Origin: Felis catus
Taxonomy: Eukaryota
Length of the DNA: 64,000 nt
Assembly: GCF_018350175.1 (NCBI RefSeq)
Contig: NC_058368.1
Location: 18,168,001-18,232,000 of the forward strand
Direction of reading: 5' to 3'
Positions 25,400-38,659 of this stretch are shown here, piece after piece. Under the pieces are notes generated by a model. That model saw only the letters and a list, made by a program, of their open reading frames with translations. It was not told the DNA's origin and did not search any database. Numbering within the stretch: position 1 is the stretch's first letter; the number at the start of each line of letters is the position of its first letter. A program made the translations under genes and the position numbers.

Positions 25400-25940
25400 G
25401 AAGCAAGCCAGTGGGGCTGGGACATCATGAGGGAGGGGCCAAAGAGCAGGACAGATCACGTGGGCCTTGTGACCTTTGTTATGACTTAACAAAGAGGACC
25501 ATGGGAAACCTGTGCAAGCTTAATAAAGGAGTGATTCAGTCTGATTTATATTCGTAAAGGTTCTTTCTAACTACTCTGTGGAAAACAGATTGCAAGGGCA
25601 CAGAGGAGCTGGGAGATGAGTTTGGAGACTGCTTTGGTGTTCCAGGCAGGAGAGGACGGTGCTTTGGCTAAGGTAACAGTAATGGTGACAAGGAAGTGGC
25701 CACGTTTGGGATATATTTTGGAGGTATTACCAAAAGATATTGATAATTGCTTGGAATTCAGAGTGGCATACGGATAAAGGAAATAGAGAAACTCAAGATG
25801 ATACTCAGTTTTCTACCTGAGGAAATAGTTAATGATTGTGCCATTTCTGAAGATGAGAAAGATTAGGATAGAGACTGCTTTAAGAATGATACGTCATTAG
25901 CTATTTCTATAGAGATGTCTAGTACATAAATGGATATATG
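25400..25940 (-). mobile_element. L2 fragment
   Basis: cagatcacgtgggccttgtg..ctgatttatatt..ccaggcaggagaggacggtgctttgg..gggatatattttggagg. Confidence 0.75.
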
Positions 25941-25999
25941 AGATAAACACACACATTTGTGGTAATTTGTTACAACAGACACAAAAAGCTAACACATAC

Positions 26000-26390
26000 T
26001 TGTTAACAAATTCCCACATCTATCCTCACACAGTTCTGGAAGCCAGAAGCCTCAAATCAGTTTCAGGAGGTTGAAATCAAGCTGCCATGCTCCCTCTCGG
26101 AGCTCTAGAGAAGAATATGTTCCTTGCCTCTTCTAGTGTCTGACGTCCAGCATTATGGCTTTGTGGCCAGTCCCTACCTCTATGGTCTAGTCTTCTCCTG
26201 CCTCTCTCCTGCAAGGAGATCTATGATTGCATTTAGGGCCCCCCCTGGATAATCCAGGTCAATCTCCCCATCTCAAAATCGGAATTTAGGTCACATCTGC
26301 AAAATCCATTTTTGCCATATCAGGTTACATTCTAAGGTTGTAAGGATTAGAATTTGGATATCTTTGGTGTGGAGTGAGAGGGGGGCAGGC

Positions 26391-26395
<5 letters not shown>
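26000..26395 (-). mobile_element. MLT1B/C-like MaLR LTR followed by (TA)n at about 26397-26434
   Basis: cacagttctggaagccagaag..ggataatccaggtcaatctccccatctcaaaatc..cacatctgcaaaatcc. Confidence 0.8.
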
Positions 26396-26438
<43 letters not shown>

Positions 26439-26604
26439 GGCAAATAGACAAATGGTTCCTGGACTCCTAGAGTAAGAATGTACTTCCCACCTAGCTCAGA
26501 GAATTTTCCTCATGGAAGACCAACCCAGACTTTTTATGGCATTCTCTAGCTCTCAGAGCTTTTGTCCCTGGTCTTTTGTTCCATCTTATTTGGTTTTCTT
26601 TTCT

Positions 26605-26829
26605 TTCTATGTTTTGGTTAAAAAAAGTTTAATGTTTATTTATTTTTGAGAGAGAGAAAGACAGAGCGCGAGCGGGGAGGGGCAGAGAGAGAGGGAGACA
26701 CAGAATCTGAACCAGGCTCCAGGCTCTGAGCTATTAGCACGCAGCCAGATACGGGCTCGAACTCATGAGATGAGATCATGACGAGAGCTGAAGTTGGATG
26801 CTTAACCGACTGAGCCACCCAGGCGTCCC
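26605..26829 (-). mobile_element. Can-SINE
   Basis: Full body; TSD tttggttttctt. Confidence 0.95.
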
Positions 26830-26889
26830 TTGTTTGGTTTTCTTAAAGTAAATATTTTCCGTTTGAATACGGCTCATGATCTAATCGAC

Positions 26890-26990
26890 TTTTGGTCTTT
26901 GGTTCACTGCCGTAGTCCAGTGCCTAGAACAGTTCTTGGCATGCAGTAAGTACCCAATGAACATTAGTTCATCGAGTGAATGAATGAGAG
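26890..26990 (+). mobile_element. L2 3' terminus
   Basis: ccagtgcctagaacagttcttggcatgcagtaagtacccaatgaacattagtt..gaatgaatg. Confidence 0.75.
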
Positions 26991-28271
26991 GATGGCAGTG
27001 AACAAGCAGATATGTACTTGATACTTCAGTTCATATAACTTTAATGTCATGGATATTAATTCTATCAGGTGGTGCTGGATTCCTTTACTTATAATTCTAA
27101 GTCAGTGTCTAGACATACATGGCTTTGAAGACAGGTGCTCATGTTCTCTGCAACCTGGCCACGTTGCTTCAATTCATTCAATGCCCCGCAGTCGATTCGT
27201 TGTAGACTCATATTTCCAAGTGAGTGAATCCATTTCAGGATGCACTGAGTTACTATTTCCTTTCAGTGCCCCTCCAATTCTTATATCTTTGTAGCATAAT
27301 GTTGATGGGGACTGCAATAAAGAATCAAATATCACCTAACCCGTGTTATCCACCCCCTTTCATGGGTTCTTTGATGACCTTTGTCCTTTAGGTCACCTCT
27401 CATTCTGAAAGGAAGTATTCTTCTCGAATGCTTCAGTCACATGTGCAGTTACAGTGCTAGCTGAGCTATTTTTCTTTTTTTCCCTTAAATCACACTTCTA
27501 CAATTACAATAGCAAACAAAAAATCATCAAAGGAAAAGAGAGTTACTTATTTATCATGCTTTGTTATTTTTTGGCCACTCTAAAAAATACTCATCTTAAA
27601 ACTAACACATAACACATAAAACTAGGGAACAGGTACTCCTCTGCACTTTCGTTTAAAATGTGACCTTGAAATGAAAATTAAAATCTATGGAAACGCTTAA
27701 CAAAATAGGTGAAATTATGCATTCTGGTGCAGAATTAAATTTAACATACACCTCAGAATTTTCAAATTATGCCTCTTGGAATTAAACAAACAGGCGGATT
27801 GTTTCTGAATTGCTTTCCAACTTGGGGACACGTGGAGGTATCGTAGCAGACACATAAATGAGTGTGTCTGCGTAAATCATTTGTTCCGATAAAATGCCAG
27901 GGTGTATTAAGAAGAGAGAATTACTTGGAAAAATATTAGGCCCCTATGGGAATTGATAATACACATGCCGTGGTAGCAGCAGGATCTTTTTAAACACAGT
28001 GCCCAGAAATAGATAAACAGGAGAAGAAACTGGCCAAGGAAGGCCATGTGAATGTCTTGATATTGAAGGAGGAAGAGAACTGTAGGAAAGAAAGAATTCT
28101 TCAGATGAGCAGTAAATGAAATTGCTGTCTCATTACCTTAAGAGTATCTTTAAAAGCAGAAATATGGTAGTCAACAGCAGCAGAAAAATCATTAAGAGCT
28201 CTCTGGTTGTTAATGAAAAACGAGGCATCATTAAAAGAGAATCTCATCATTTTTTGGAGCTAGTGTTTTAT

Positions 28272-28351
28272 CTTTATTTTTTTATTAAAAAATTTTAAAG
28301 CTTATTTACTTATTTTGAGAGAGACAGAGACAGCACGAGTGTGGGAGGGGC

Positions 28352-28396
<45 letters not shown>

Positions 28397-28515
28397 CAGA
28401 GAGAGAGATCCCAAGCAGGCTCTGTGCTGTCAGTGTGGAGCCCAGCGTGGGGCTTGAACCCAGGAAACTGTGAGACCATGAGCTGAGTTAACCAACTAAG
28501 CCACCCAGGTGCCCC
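28272..28515 (-). mobile_element. Can-SINE
   Basis: Body with a long (GA)n; TSD-like tggagct..gtttta. Confidence 0.93.
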
Positions 28516-29905
28516 TGGAGCTGATGTTTTAAAAGTAAGTCACTCTCTGCAACGTCTGTGCAAATGAATGGCACACCCACATCTACTTAAGTAAGGGGCA
28601 CACTGGCCTAGAAGGAATATAGAAATTCTCACCGCAAAACCCAATCTGGGATGGGAGTTCTCTGCACAATCTTCTCCACTTTTCTGTTAATCTAAAACTC
28701 ATCTAAAAATAAAGTGCAATTTTAAAAAGCCTTTAGATTCCATGCATGTTAGAGGCGATTGCAATCTGGTGGAATTTGCAAGGGTAAGTATTATAGATGT
28801 GCATGTAGAATAACACGAATGTCCTTGGGTCCTCATCTAAGCAATCCGTGGGAGCCTCATGGAGAAAATTAGGATTTTCACAACAGTTTGAAGGGACTAA
28901 GACGGTTGATGACGGGCAAAGTCATAGCCATGCGGTTTATTTCGAAGGCAGACGCACAGGTGGCGGTGAGGTGCCCGGACGGTGGGCTTCCCTAGGCATC
29001 AGGAAAAAATAACATGCAGATCCAAGAAGACACTAAGCTGAGGAACCCCGCTTCCTAAAACCCGACAGTCACATTTTGGACATTTAGCCTGGGCATCGTG
29101 AACGATCATGTTATAATTGGTGACATAAATAAAAATCTATTTACTTTTTAACTGCGAGGGCGTAAGTGGACTTACCACTTCTGATTGTTCTGAGTTTCTG
29201 AACAGTTTGACCAGTTCCAAGTTTAAAAAAAAAACCACTTTAGCAAGCGGTCGAAACACGGCACACTGCGTTGGTACCATTCTTGTAGAAAATCGCCCCA
29301 AAGCGGAGAAAGGCATTGCGCCATCTGGCTCGGCTTGCAGCTTGTGGATCTGCACCATCCTGGAACCGTGCGGCCCAACCTCACCTCCCAGGTGGACCCT
29401 CTGGCCGGCTGTCTACTGGGTACCAGCTGTAACTAACCAGTTACGACCAGCTTCTAGGAGGAAACGCCAAAGAGAAGGAACTTGGAGTCTGAGACATTAC
29501 ACACATACTGAAGTTACACGCATACCGAACAGGAAAGTCTTTCTGGTCCGCTAGTTTTTGAACTTTCGTTTTTAATACGGGTATTTTTGTGAATTAAACA
29601 GCATGTAGAATCCCAAATATAAAACTGAGAAGGCAGAGTTGATTGGCACGGGAATAGGGGAGGGGCCTAGGAGCCCAGCTGCCTCAAGTCCCGCGCCCTC
29701 TAACTTTGGGGTACTTTCTGGAACACCTGGAGCCGAAAACCCCCGATGCGTCTGACTCCCAGAGATGTGCGTTGACTTGGTCCAGACACGTAGCAGCGGA
29801 ACCAGGGCTGGATCCAGAACTCCTCCTCCCCCCCGGGGGGTGTTTTCCCCACCACGTCATTTCCCGGGCCACTGGCCTCGCAACGCTTTCCTAGAAACCT
29901 GCCCA

Positions 29906-30116
29906 GGGGCGCCTGGGTGGCTCAGTCGGTGAAGCGTCCCGCTCTTGGTTTCGACTCAGGCCACGACTCAGGCCATGACTCAGGAGTCGGAGCCTCAACC
30001 GGGTTCCACACTGACAGCACGAAGCCCGTTTGCGACTCTCTCTCTCTCCCCCTCACTCTCTGCCCCTCCCCTGCGCGCTCTCTCTCAACATAAATAAACT
30101 TAACAAAAGTAAAAAA
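29906..30116 (+). mobile_element. Can-SINE with an internal 12-bp triplication
   Basis: Starts ggggcgcctgggtggctcagtcggtgaagcgtcc; cgactcaggcca x2 plus tgactcagg. Confidence 0.93.
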
Positions 30117-30129
30117 CCCTCCACATACT

Positions 30130-30266
30130 TGAGCTGAAGGGTGTGTTAACTAACCTGATTGTGGTAAACATTCCACAACACGTATGTATATCAAATCATC
30201 GCATGGCACTTCTTATACTTGCACAGTATTATACGCCGACTCTATCTCAGTAAAGCTAGAAAAAAG
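30130..30266 (+). mobile_element. L1M 3' terminal fragment
   Basis: gtgttaactaacctgattgtggtaaacattccacaac..tatatcaaatcatc..tatctcagtaaagctagaaaaaa. Confidence 0.75.
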
Positions 30267-30499
30267 TCAAAAAGGAAAAAGAAAGCCTTCACAGTGCCCC
30301 TTTGAGAGAAACAGATTGAGCCCCGCAGGTAGGAGGAACAGGCTAGGTGTCACAGGTGGGATGGCCCTGGAGGAGACGCGACACGGTACAAAAACCCCGA
30401 TGGAAAAGCCACACGGTGCCTCAACACACCTGCCACCGAGCTCCTTGACAGTGAAGCCAAAACCTCTTTTGGGGCTGTGTTTTCCAGAAGACATGAAGG

Positions 30500-31400
30500 G
30501 CCCCCGATGAGTGGATTCCCAGCAGGCATTCCCTCCTGCTGGTATCCTTCAGTGTGGCTTGGGGCTGCTGGCCTTCCAAGGTCACAGCGAGCCCTCTGAG
30601 AGAGCCTTTGATTAATGCGGAAGGGAATTCCCACTGGCTGATTAAATATTTTTATATTTTATCATTTTCCTGCAGCTAGCAGCTTTTGGCATGCAGGGTA
30701 TTTTTATGAACGATGTAAGTAAATATTATGGGGTCAGTCACGGAGATGAACTTGGGCCCACAAGCCTGGGGCTGGAAGACGTTAGCCTTCACTGAAAAAA
30801 ATAAAAGTGGGAATAGAAAAGGAAAATATTGAGGATTTGAAAATACTTGCAAAGCGTTGCAACTGTGCATCCCAAATCCAAAGTTGATATAATTAGATCA
30901 CTAGAAGCAAAGTGATTTTAAGTGATATATCGGGATATCCAAGGGGTCTAATTCATTTTATTTCAAGTTTGCAGCATTTATTAGAAGAAAAGGAAGAAGC
31001 AGGGTTACACTTTCACGTTAACAACCGTGAGTTTTGTTTTCCAGACAGAACTAGACCTTTCCAGACTCTTCCACAAAGCACGACACACAGATTGCTAAGA
31101 TGCCAAGCCGTTACTCAGAGTTTCCAGGGGCCACAGGCCACTTTTGGTCCAAATGGCCCTTTGGAAAATACAAGAAAGAAAAAAAAAAAGTGTGGGCCAT
31201 GGTGGTGTTATGCTCCAATGCCCTCTTGAATGGGAAAGCCTCGATGATCTGCTTGGAGCTGATGTCACAAAAATCCTCCTTGACACAGGGTGATTCACTG
31301 CAGGAAATTTATTCCTTCCTGGGAAACCACTAAACCTCTGCCTGTTCCACAGCCACCCGCCTGGAAATCCCCGGGGAATCCACGCGTAGTGTATCGGTCA
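30500..31400. promoter_or_regulatory. Candidate inducible enhancer (NF-kB/STAT motifs)
   Basis: GGGAATTCCC 30623-30632; GGAAATCCCC 31363-31372; TTCCTGGGAA 31316-31325; non-repetitive, CpG-retaining context. Motif evidence only. Confidence 0.35.
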
Positions 31401-32918
31401 GCAGCTCCGAAGCAAGACGCCTCCCCAGAGCATCTTTTCCACTTTTCTCTCTGTTCCCCTTGCCGCCGGCCCAGGTCGGGATGAACAGGAGGAGCACTGC
31501 ACAAATTCATTTGATATGCACTGCGGATTTATTTTTGCGCTATCACTCTTTCTGCACCTACTGTCTCCGAGCTTTGCCGTTTGCCCCTCTGCCCTCTTAG
31601 TCGACTTATTCAAGTCCAAATCATTTCACAATCTTTCTGGTTAGCGAAGGGCATTTATGCAACGCACACCCCATAAATTTTCTTCTCCTTTAGGTGCTTT
31701 CAACATTGTTTCCCTCATCTTCAAATCTAAGAGCTCAGCGTAACCCCCAGGTAATTAACAAACTCTTAGTGCCCCGCATACAGCAGGAAGTCAATAAATA
31801 AGGGGCAGGAAGGTAGAAAGGACAGCGGAAAGGAAGGAAGACAGGAAGGGAGAGAGGAAAGAACGGGAGGGAGGGTGGGAGGAATCAGCCTGGAGCACAG
31901 CCCACGTTCCTCCTGGTGATTTGGAAATACCTGGGGAGCATCCTGATTGAAGGCTGGACCCTGTGACGGCCCAGGTGAGAACCCCTCCTCCGGCAAGGCA
32001 GCGCCGTGGAGGCAAGATGTCAGAAAGGCGGATCTGGAAGGGCAGGGCTGACCAATCAGAGGGACTGTGAACGGGGCTGACTTGCCAGGACAACGGTGCC
32101 AAGTGACAGCGCTGTTCCAGGGAGGAAGGCGCGCTGAAGCTCCCGCCAGGTGCCCCGGCTCCGGTCTCCGGGCTGCTTCCCAGGATCTCTGGAAACCCTG
32201 TTTATTAGCGCATCCTCTCAAGTTGACCCAAACGGAGCGAAAGCTTTCTGGAATCTAGGTGCGATGGTGTCTTGCACTTCCTTTTTGCCTTCCTGGCCTG
32301 CGTCTGGAACATCAAGAAGCGATTGCACAGATCAGGAAGAACTCTGACCACACGGGTGAAGAATGCTGTCACCAGCCCGCCTTCCTCCCCGGCTGCCGGC
32401 CCTCTTCACCGACACTCACGCTCGCCACGAGAGCTGGGTTCTAGGCGTTGTGAAAGAGAAGCTCATAAGAAGACTGGCTGCCTTCTAGAAGCTACCGTAG
32501 AAGGTTGTATGGTTGTTTTCCCTGATTGGAACCTGGAGTACCAGCTGACTGTCTGCATTTAGGTCATCCTGGGAGAAGGTCTGGTGGGATTTCGGGAGAG
32601 GGTCTTCTGAGACTGTGTGAGCAGGAACCTAGTAGGGGACGTACTTACTTTAGTTCCAGGAAATGAGACGCTCTTGACTTTCCACGTAAATTCTTCAATG
32701 CTAGGAAATAGCTAGGGAGGGAATGGAGAAAAAGACAGAGAGACAATGACGTTTTGGCAAATCATGTACAGTTAAGGGCAAGTTTTATTATTTAAATACG
32801 CAAAGTAGATCTTTGATGATCATTATAATATATAGTGAGATGAAATACTAAGTACCGGGCAATGTTGATCTCTTCTTCCAGTCCTTCCAGTCCTTATGAG
32901 AAATCTATAACTGGATTC

Positions 32919-33127
32919 TTTTTTTTTTTTTTTTTAAGTTTATTTATTTTGAGAGAGACTGAGAGCAGCGCAAGGAGGGGAGGGGCAAAGAGAGAGAAAA
33001 TCCCAAGCAGGCTCTGTGCTGTCAACACGGAGACTGACCCCGGGCTTGAACTCACGAAACCAAGAGATCATGACCTGGGCCAAAACCAAGAGCCAGACAT
33101 TTAGCCGACTGAGCCACCAGGCGCCCC
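32919..33127 (-). mobile_element. Can-SINE inserted in a MIR (MIR continues to about 33280)
   Basis: SINE body ending caggcgcccc, followed by the MIR core ttttacagatgaggaaactgaggct. Confidence 0.93.
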
Positions 33128-34714
33128 TAAACTAGATTTGTTGACTATCTCTGTTTTACAGATGAGGAAACTGAGGCTGACAAAAGTGAAGCAAAATGCT
33201 CCTGGCCACGCAGCTGGTGGTAGAACTCGAATTTTTGAATTTGCTTCCAGTTGATGTTCTAGTCTCTTTGCACTACGGGCCACATATATACATACACAAA
33301 CTGGGTAAATCCTGTTAAATAAATCCTGTTTCAAGATTACAACTACCAATTGCTTCCCTCCCTCCCACCCCCTTGGTTTAAGAGTTTTTGTATTTGCATC
33401 TGCAACGCCTACTTCTGGAGCAAGTTTGCTTACACACTACATTATGCCACTGGAGAAACTGGAACCCCTGTCCCCACCTTCCAGATTCATCCCCCCCCCC
33501 CCCCCCCACCACCGCCCCTCCAGGCTCACAAGCACAGGCACACACCTGCTCACAGAGATTGCTCTTTCCGGTAGGTCTGGAACCCTGGACTAAAACCTCC
33601 AGTTTCTGCTGATTGAATTAATATGTGCAAGTCAAGTTCCCCTCATTATCTGCTTCTCCCCAGACATTTTGCAGGGCCTTCTGGCCCATGGCTTCCAGTT
33701 TTATTGCCGTTTCCCTGATGGAAGAAAACCATGGAACTCTTGAGCCATCTTCCAGTCGGACTCCACTCTGCTTTTTGGCATTTGTGCAGGGCGCCTCTGC
33801 AGGGAGCCGCTGGAAGCCAGTTCAGGTTTTGTTCACCAGTTCTTTTCGACTCTACTCACTTCTGGCCCCTGTGCAAACGAGACGGTGTATAAGACTCAAG
33901 CCCTGTGCCACTCCGTAGCTAACCCCAGTCCCTAGTATGTGAAAGGATCTCAAGAAAACCCATTCTATGGCACCCAGAGAAGTTTCGCGGAAAGAGAGGC
34001 ATATTTCTCCAAATTCTAACAGTCGTAATGTCTTAATGCAAGTAACTGGAAAACAGTTTGTGCCCATCGTGGAAGTGATGGAGAAACCAAAGGCCATCAT
34101 AGCGATGGGATTATCCTGTCCTCGCCCACTGTTTCCACTTTCAGAATATGTTACAACAATAATAACAATAAAGCTATTCCAAATATGCCAAATCTAAAAT
34201 ATCTGCACTCCCAGACTCCACTATTGTGACTGTTTCTCGCTGATATTTTATAATCTTATCACTTTTGGCCACACATCCACATACCACCCTGGGTTATTTG
34301 TGAAGATAAATCTTCTGCTGAGATCAAAATTGACAATTATTTTTTGCCGCGTCTAAATTTATTTTTGCTGCCTTAAAAAAAGACTTCGAAAATATTTTCC
34401 AGTGGGTTTATTTGTTTAAAAAAGATTTGGGTAAAGACATTACTCTGAACCAAAAAAAAAAAATAGATAGATAGATATAGATGATATAGATAGATATCTT
34501 TTGGGTTGTCAACTACCGACGACCACATATTTGGAATATCTCGAATTATCCAGGAGCTGACAATTTGGTTTTAGGATCATTTGTAACCTTGGCTGTGTTC
34601 CTATGTTTCAGCGTTTTCAGAGTTTGTCAAAAAAAATATATAACTTTAATCATTAATTTCTGGCTCCTTATCGGCATGGGTTTATTAGCTAATTGAACTT
34701 CACATTATCCAGAT

Positions 34715-34850
34715 TTTATGAGCTTAGTTTTCATCACCTCTGAAGTGGAAAGGATAATACCTACACTATAGAATTGCCATGAGAATTGAGTGACATAGGT
34801 AAAACAGTGGCTGCCCATCGCACACTAAGGGCTCACTAAAGGGAGCTTGA
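34715..34850 (+). mobile_element. MIR
   Basis: tgagcttagttttcatcacctctgaagtggaaaggataatacctac..gaattgccatgagaattgagtga. Confidence 0.65.
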
Positions 34851-35149
34851 ACATTTCATCTAAAGAGTGAAGTTTAAAATTAATCGGGTGACAGCAATTT
34901 GTGCGCATGCCGCCTGTCCCCACAGGCCTGTGTGCTCTGAGAGGATGTGCCGTGGCCTCCTCTGACCTCTGCCTCTTCCCCGGCTTTCAGCCTGGTCCTG
35001 ACACACAGCACTGTCTCCCAGTGAACAATGGTAGCATGAAAATCATTTGAACATCCACCTGCCATGATCTCCATCGCACAGATAAGTAGTTGCTCATCGT
35101 TGTCTATCTTTAGAATTGATTTCTTTTCTGTAAACACAAATAAAAAAAT

Positions 35150-35349
35150 TTTTTTTGTAGGCGCTTTTTTATTTACTTATTTATTTTATTTTTCAATATA
35201 TGAAATTTATCGTCAAATTGGTTTCCATCCAACACCCAGTGCTCATCCCAACAGGTGCCCTCCTCCATACCCCTCACCCACCCTCCCCTCCCTCCCACCC
35301 CCCATCAACCCTCAGTTTGTTCTCAGTTTTTAAGAGTCTCTTATGCTTC
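35150..35349 (-). mobile_element. 5'-truncated feline-type L1 (3' UTR only)
   Basis: tatgaaatttatcgtcaaattggtttccatccaacacccagtgctcatccc..ctcagtttttaagagtctc; TSD acacaaataaaaa (35134 and 35350). Confidence 0.9.
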
Positions 35350-36859
35350 ACACAAATAAAAATTTTAACTCCCATTGTAAAGATCCTGTTTTTGTTTTCC
35401 TCTTCCATTTAGGAAACTGAAGCTGAAATTCTAATGTGAGTTCAGTAAATGGGTGTTAAATAAGCTCCCGCCTTAAAAAAGTCAGCAGATGAATGATGTC
35501 ATCGGCTTTTCCGAGGAGAGGTAAAATTGAGACAAGTTGGGAGAACGGCAGGAATTTGTTATTTGCTTTGGGGCTTGTCTCAGAAACAATGAGTTCCAGT
35601 CTGGACGGCTGAAGTACAGCTAAGAAAAGATTTGACCTCACGTGTGAACGTGTTGACCGCTCTACGGGGAGGAGGCCAAGGCCATCAGGCCACCTGCTTG
35701 AAAGAGTCAGTGGCAAGCACGCTGGGCTGGCACATGTTGCTTTTGCTCCATAAGGAACGTATTGCCCAATTTTTCATCTAATAAGCTTTTTCCACCCTTT
35801 AAAGACACATAAATAAATGTATGGGCAAATGCTACAAACTAATTTTTGTAGCATTATCTGGTGCTATTGCAATATTCTAAATGTTTTTGGCTCAGACGTA
35901 AATTCTGTGTGTATGTTTGTGTGTTTAAAGAAAAACTCAATTTATAGGACCATATCAATATTAGACAGACAGATATTTCCAACACCCCATATATGCTATG
36001 AACAGTGCAAAAAGGGCTAATGGTTTGGCACGAAAGGGTAAGAGGAAAAATGCTAAGGCTCTGGAATGGAAGACTGGGGCCAGCTTGTGCAGCGCTGTGC
36101 TTCCGAATTTAGAATATATTTTATCTTCCAGGACAAGGCGGGGCAATGCATTTACCTTAGAAATGAAAAGCAGCCTAAGTATTGGCTACCTGGAGAGCCA
36201 CGCTGGAAAGTTTCCCCTGCTGAAAGCAGCTTTATTGAACAAGTGTGCCCTGCAAGCCAGGAGTGGGAGCGGCCACCCACATGCTGAGCATTTGTCATTC
36301 TTTGTCCCGTGGTCCAAGACCCACTGGAGCCTTCTGGCAGAGAAAATGGCTTCACTGGGTCTGTGCTTAAGAAAGGCCTGTCAACAGTGAGGAGAATGAG
36401 TCAGAGAAGAAGCAATTAATGTAATCGATCTTGCCTCATACGTAGCTCTTTTCTAGACACAGGAGACAATCGATATCTCCCTTCGCACTTCCAGCTCGGC
36501 ACTTGTCAGTTTGGGGGAAGGTGGGGCGATCTGGCTCCTGGGACAGGATTCCGTGACAGCAGATGGCTTCGCCCACCCGCAAAGGAGGGCGGTCTTCTTT
36601 TAGGGCCCTTGCCTTGTAGAAATGGGACCATAAGTTTGTCTTCACATCTCAGATTACAGGACCAAGGCTGTGTGTTTAATAAGACACATTTTCTGAACCC
36701 CAAGCTGAGTATCGTTCTCCTGAATATTACACATTTGTTCAGGAAAGTGAATTCTTATCTTTTGACCCAAAGTACCTTCCAGAATCTGCTGGTATCTGAG
36801 CACATTTCTCGAAAATCAGAAGCATTTCTCTAAAAGAGAAATAGCAGCCAATGGTGCAG

Positions 36860-37310
36860 TGTGTCCCTTGGAGTTCCAGCAGGAAACAGATGGCACTCCC
36901 AAACTGAGTAAGTGAGGAATGTTCATAAAAGAATAAGTTACAAAGGTGTGGAACGATCTTGGGACACGCACAAGGGATGGTGAAGGACCTTGGGACTACA
37001 AGAGCAGAAGGTGATGGCGATTGGTAAGCACTTCATCACGCCCAGGTCTGAAGGGAAATGTGCCAGTTACAGATCTCAGGGTTGGTGGTTATTGGGAGAG
37101 GGTCACGGGAGGAGAGCTGTGACACTGGATGGAAAGATGTGGCCAAATTGTGTCCACTGCAGAAAGGGAATTAAACGCATTGCCTCCCTTTCCTCCCACT
37201 GGGGCTGGGAGCTCATTGATACGGTTTGTGCAGATCAGCCTGCCGGACACAGACTAGGACAGGGAAAGGTGGGGGTGTATCGGGAGGGCAGAGAGAAAAT
37301 AACCTTCTCA
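36860..37310 (-). mobile_element. LTR33-like ERVL LTR
   Basis: gttccagcaggaaacagatggcactcccaaactgagtaa..ttacaaaggtgtgg..aagggatggtgaag..ggagggcagagagaaaata. Confidence 0.7.
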
Positions 37311-37994
37311 GTGCAGTTTTGGCATGCAGTAAATCGGCAGAAAATCATAGTGATGGGACATCAGGGAGATGTTGGACTCCGAAGCTCCAAGCTCATATTC
37401 TTCCGCACAATCATGGGGAAAAAAACACTCAAAAAACCCTTGCCCAAATGGCAACAGCCTTAGATTCAAGTGGTGGCAAATTCAGGTCCCAGTTCTACTC
37501 TTTAAATCAGAGGGAGAGAGCAGACCTTATCTGCCAATTACTGTGTACATCTGTTCTAACTCGGCTGGGGATTCCTGAAGGACTGACTTGCTCTCTCTTT
37601 CTCGCCTAACTCAGAACACAGGCCAGAAGAGCTGCAGGCTTTGCTCATGAAAGCAACCAGGGAAAACACACCTGTACACACCTGACCTAACAGATTCCCA
37701 CCGGAGACATACAAGAGACCATCTAAGGCCTGGAGGACAGAGTGGGGTAAGACTCTCTGGGAAACCAAGAGATTCAAAAGCAGTTATTTCTATAAGGGAA
37801 TCTAGAAAGCCCCATGCCTACCCAGGTAAGACATATGCTCACAAAAGTCTGAGAAGACTTTAACTTTCACCTAAGCTGAACCCTAGGTTCAGAGCAAGAC
37901 TAACCGAGGGAACGGTAACCCTGCATAGAGCCCATCTGCCAAGGCCGTGAGCGGGGAATGCCCCCTCAACCCCCCACCCCCCCCCACTGGTACT

Positions 37995-38115
37995 TCTATC
38001 TCTACCTCTATTGCTATCTCCATCTCTATCTCTATCTTTATCTCTATCTCTCTCTTTCTCTATTATCTCTCTATCTCTATCTCTATCTCTATCATCTCTA
38101 TCTCTATCTCTATCT
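37995..38115. repeat. (TCTCTA)n simple repeat
   Basis: Directly visible. Confidence 0.9.
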
Positions 38116-38495
38116 CGGTGTTTTTGTCTCTTTCAGCTCTTGGTATTCAAGAAAATCTCTATCAAACTGTGTTAGCTCAACACAAACTAAAGTAACAGAG
38201 ACTTCAATGAACACATACGGCAAGGAATAGACTTTGCAAAAATAGTCTGGAAAAGTCACAAAACAAATGTGGCGATCGCAGTTTCTAATAAAAAAAAACA
38301 AGCTCTGGGGAAGGGGAGAAATCTGATTTCCAGAATCACCATGTTATAATAACGTAACGCCCAATTTTCAATGAGGACGACAACAACAAACCCAGGAAAA
38401 TACGGCTTATTGAAGGGACAAATTCCTTTAATTTAACAGAATCTGTTCCCAAGAAAGCTGACCATGGACTTACTAAACAACGACTAAAACAACTT

Positions 38496-38659
38496 ATTTA
38501 TTTATATATTTATTTAGAGAAGAGCATGTGTGAGCAGGAGGGACCCTGATGTCAGTGCAGTCTGACAGGTGGCTCGATCCCATGAACAATGATGAGATCA
38601 TGACCTGAGCCTACATCAAGAGTCAGATGCTTAATCGACTGAGCTACCCAAGTGCCCCC
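38496..38659 (-). mobile_element. Can-SINE (internally deleted)
   Basis: gagatcatgacctgagcc..caagtgcccc; TSD taaaacaactt. Confidence 0.9.
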
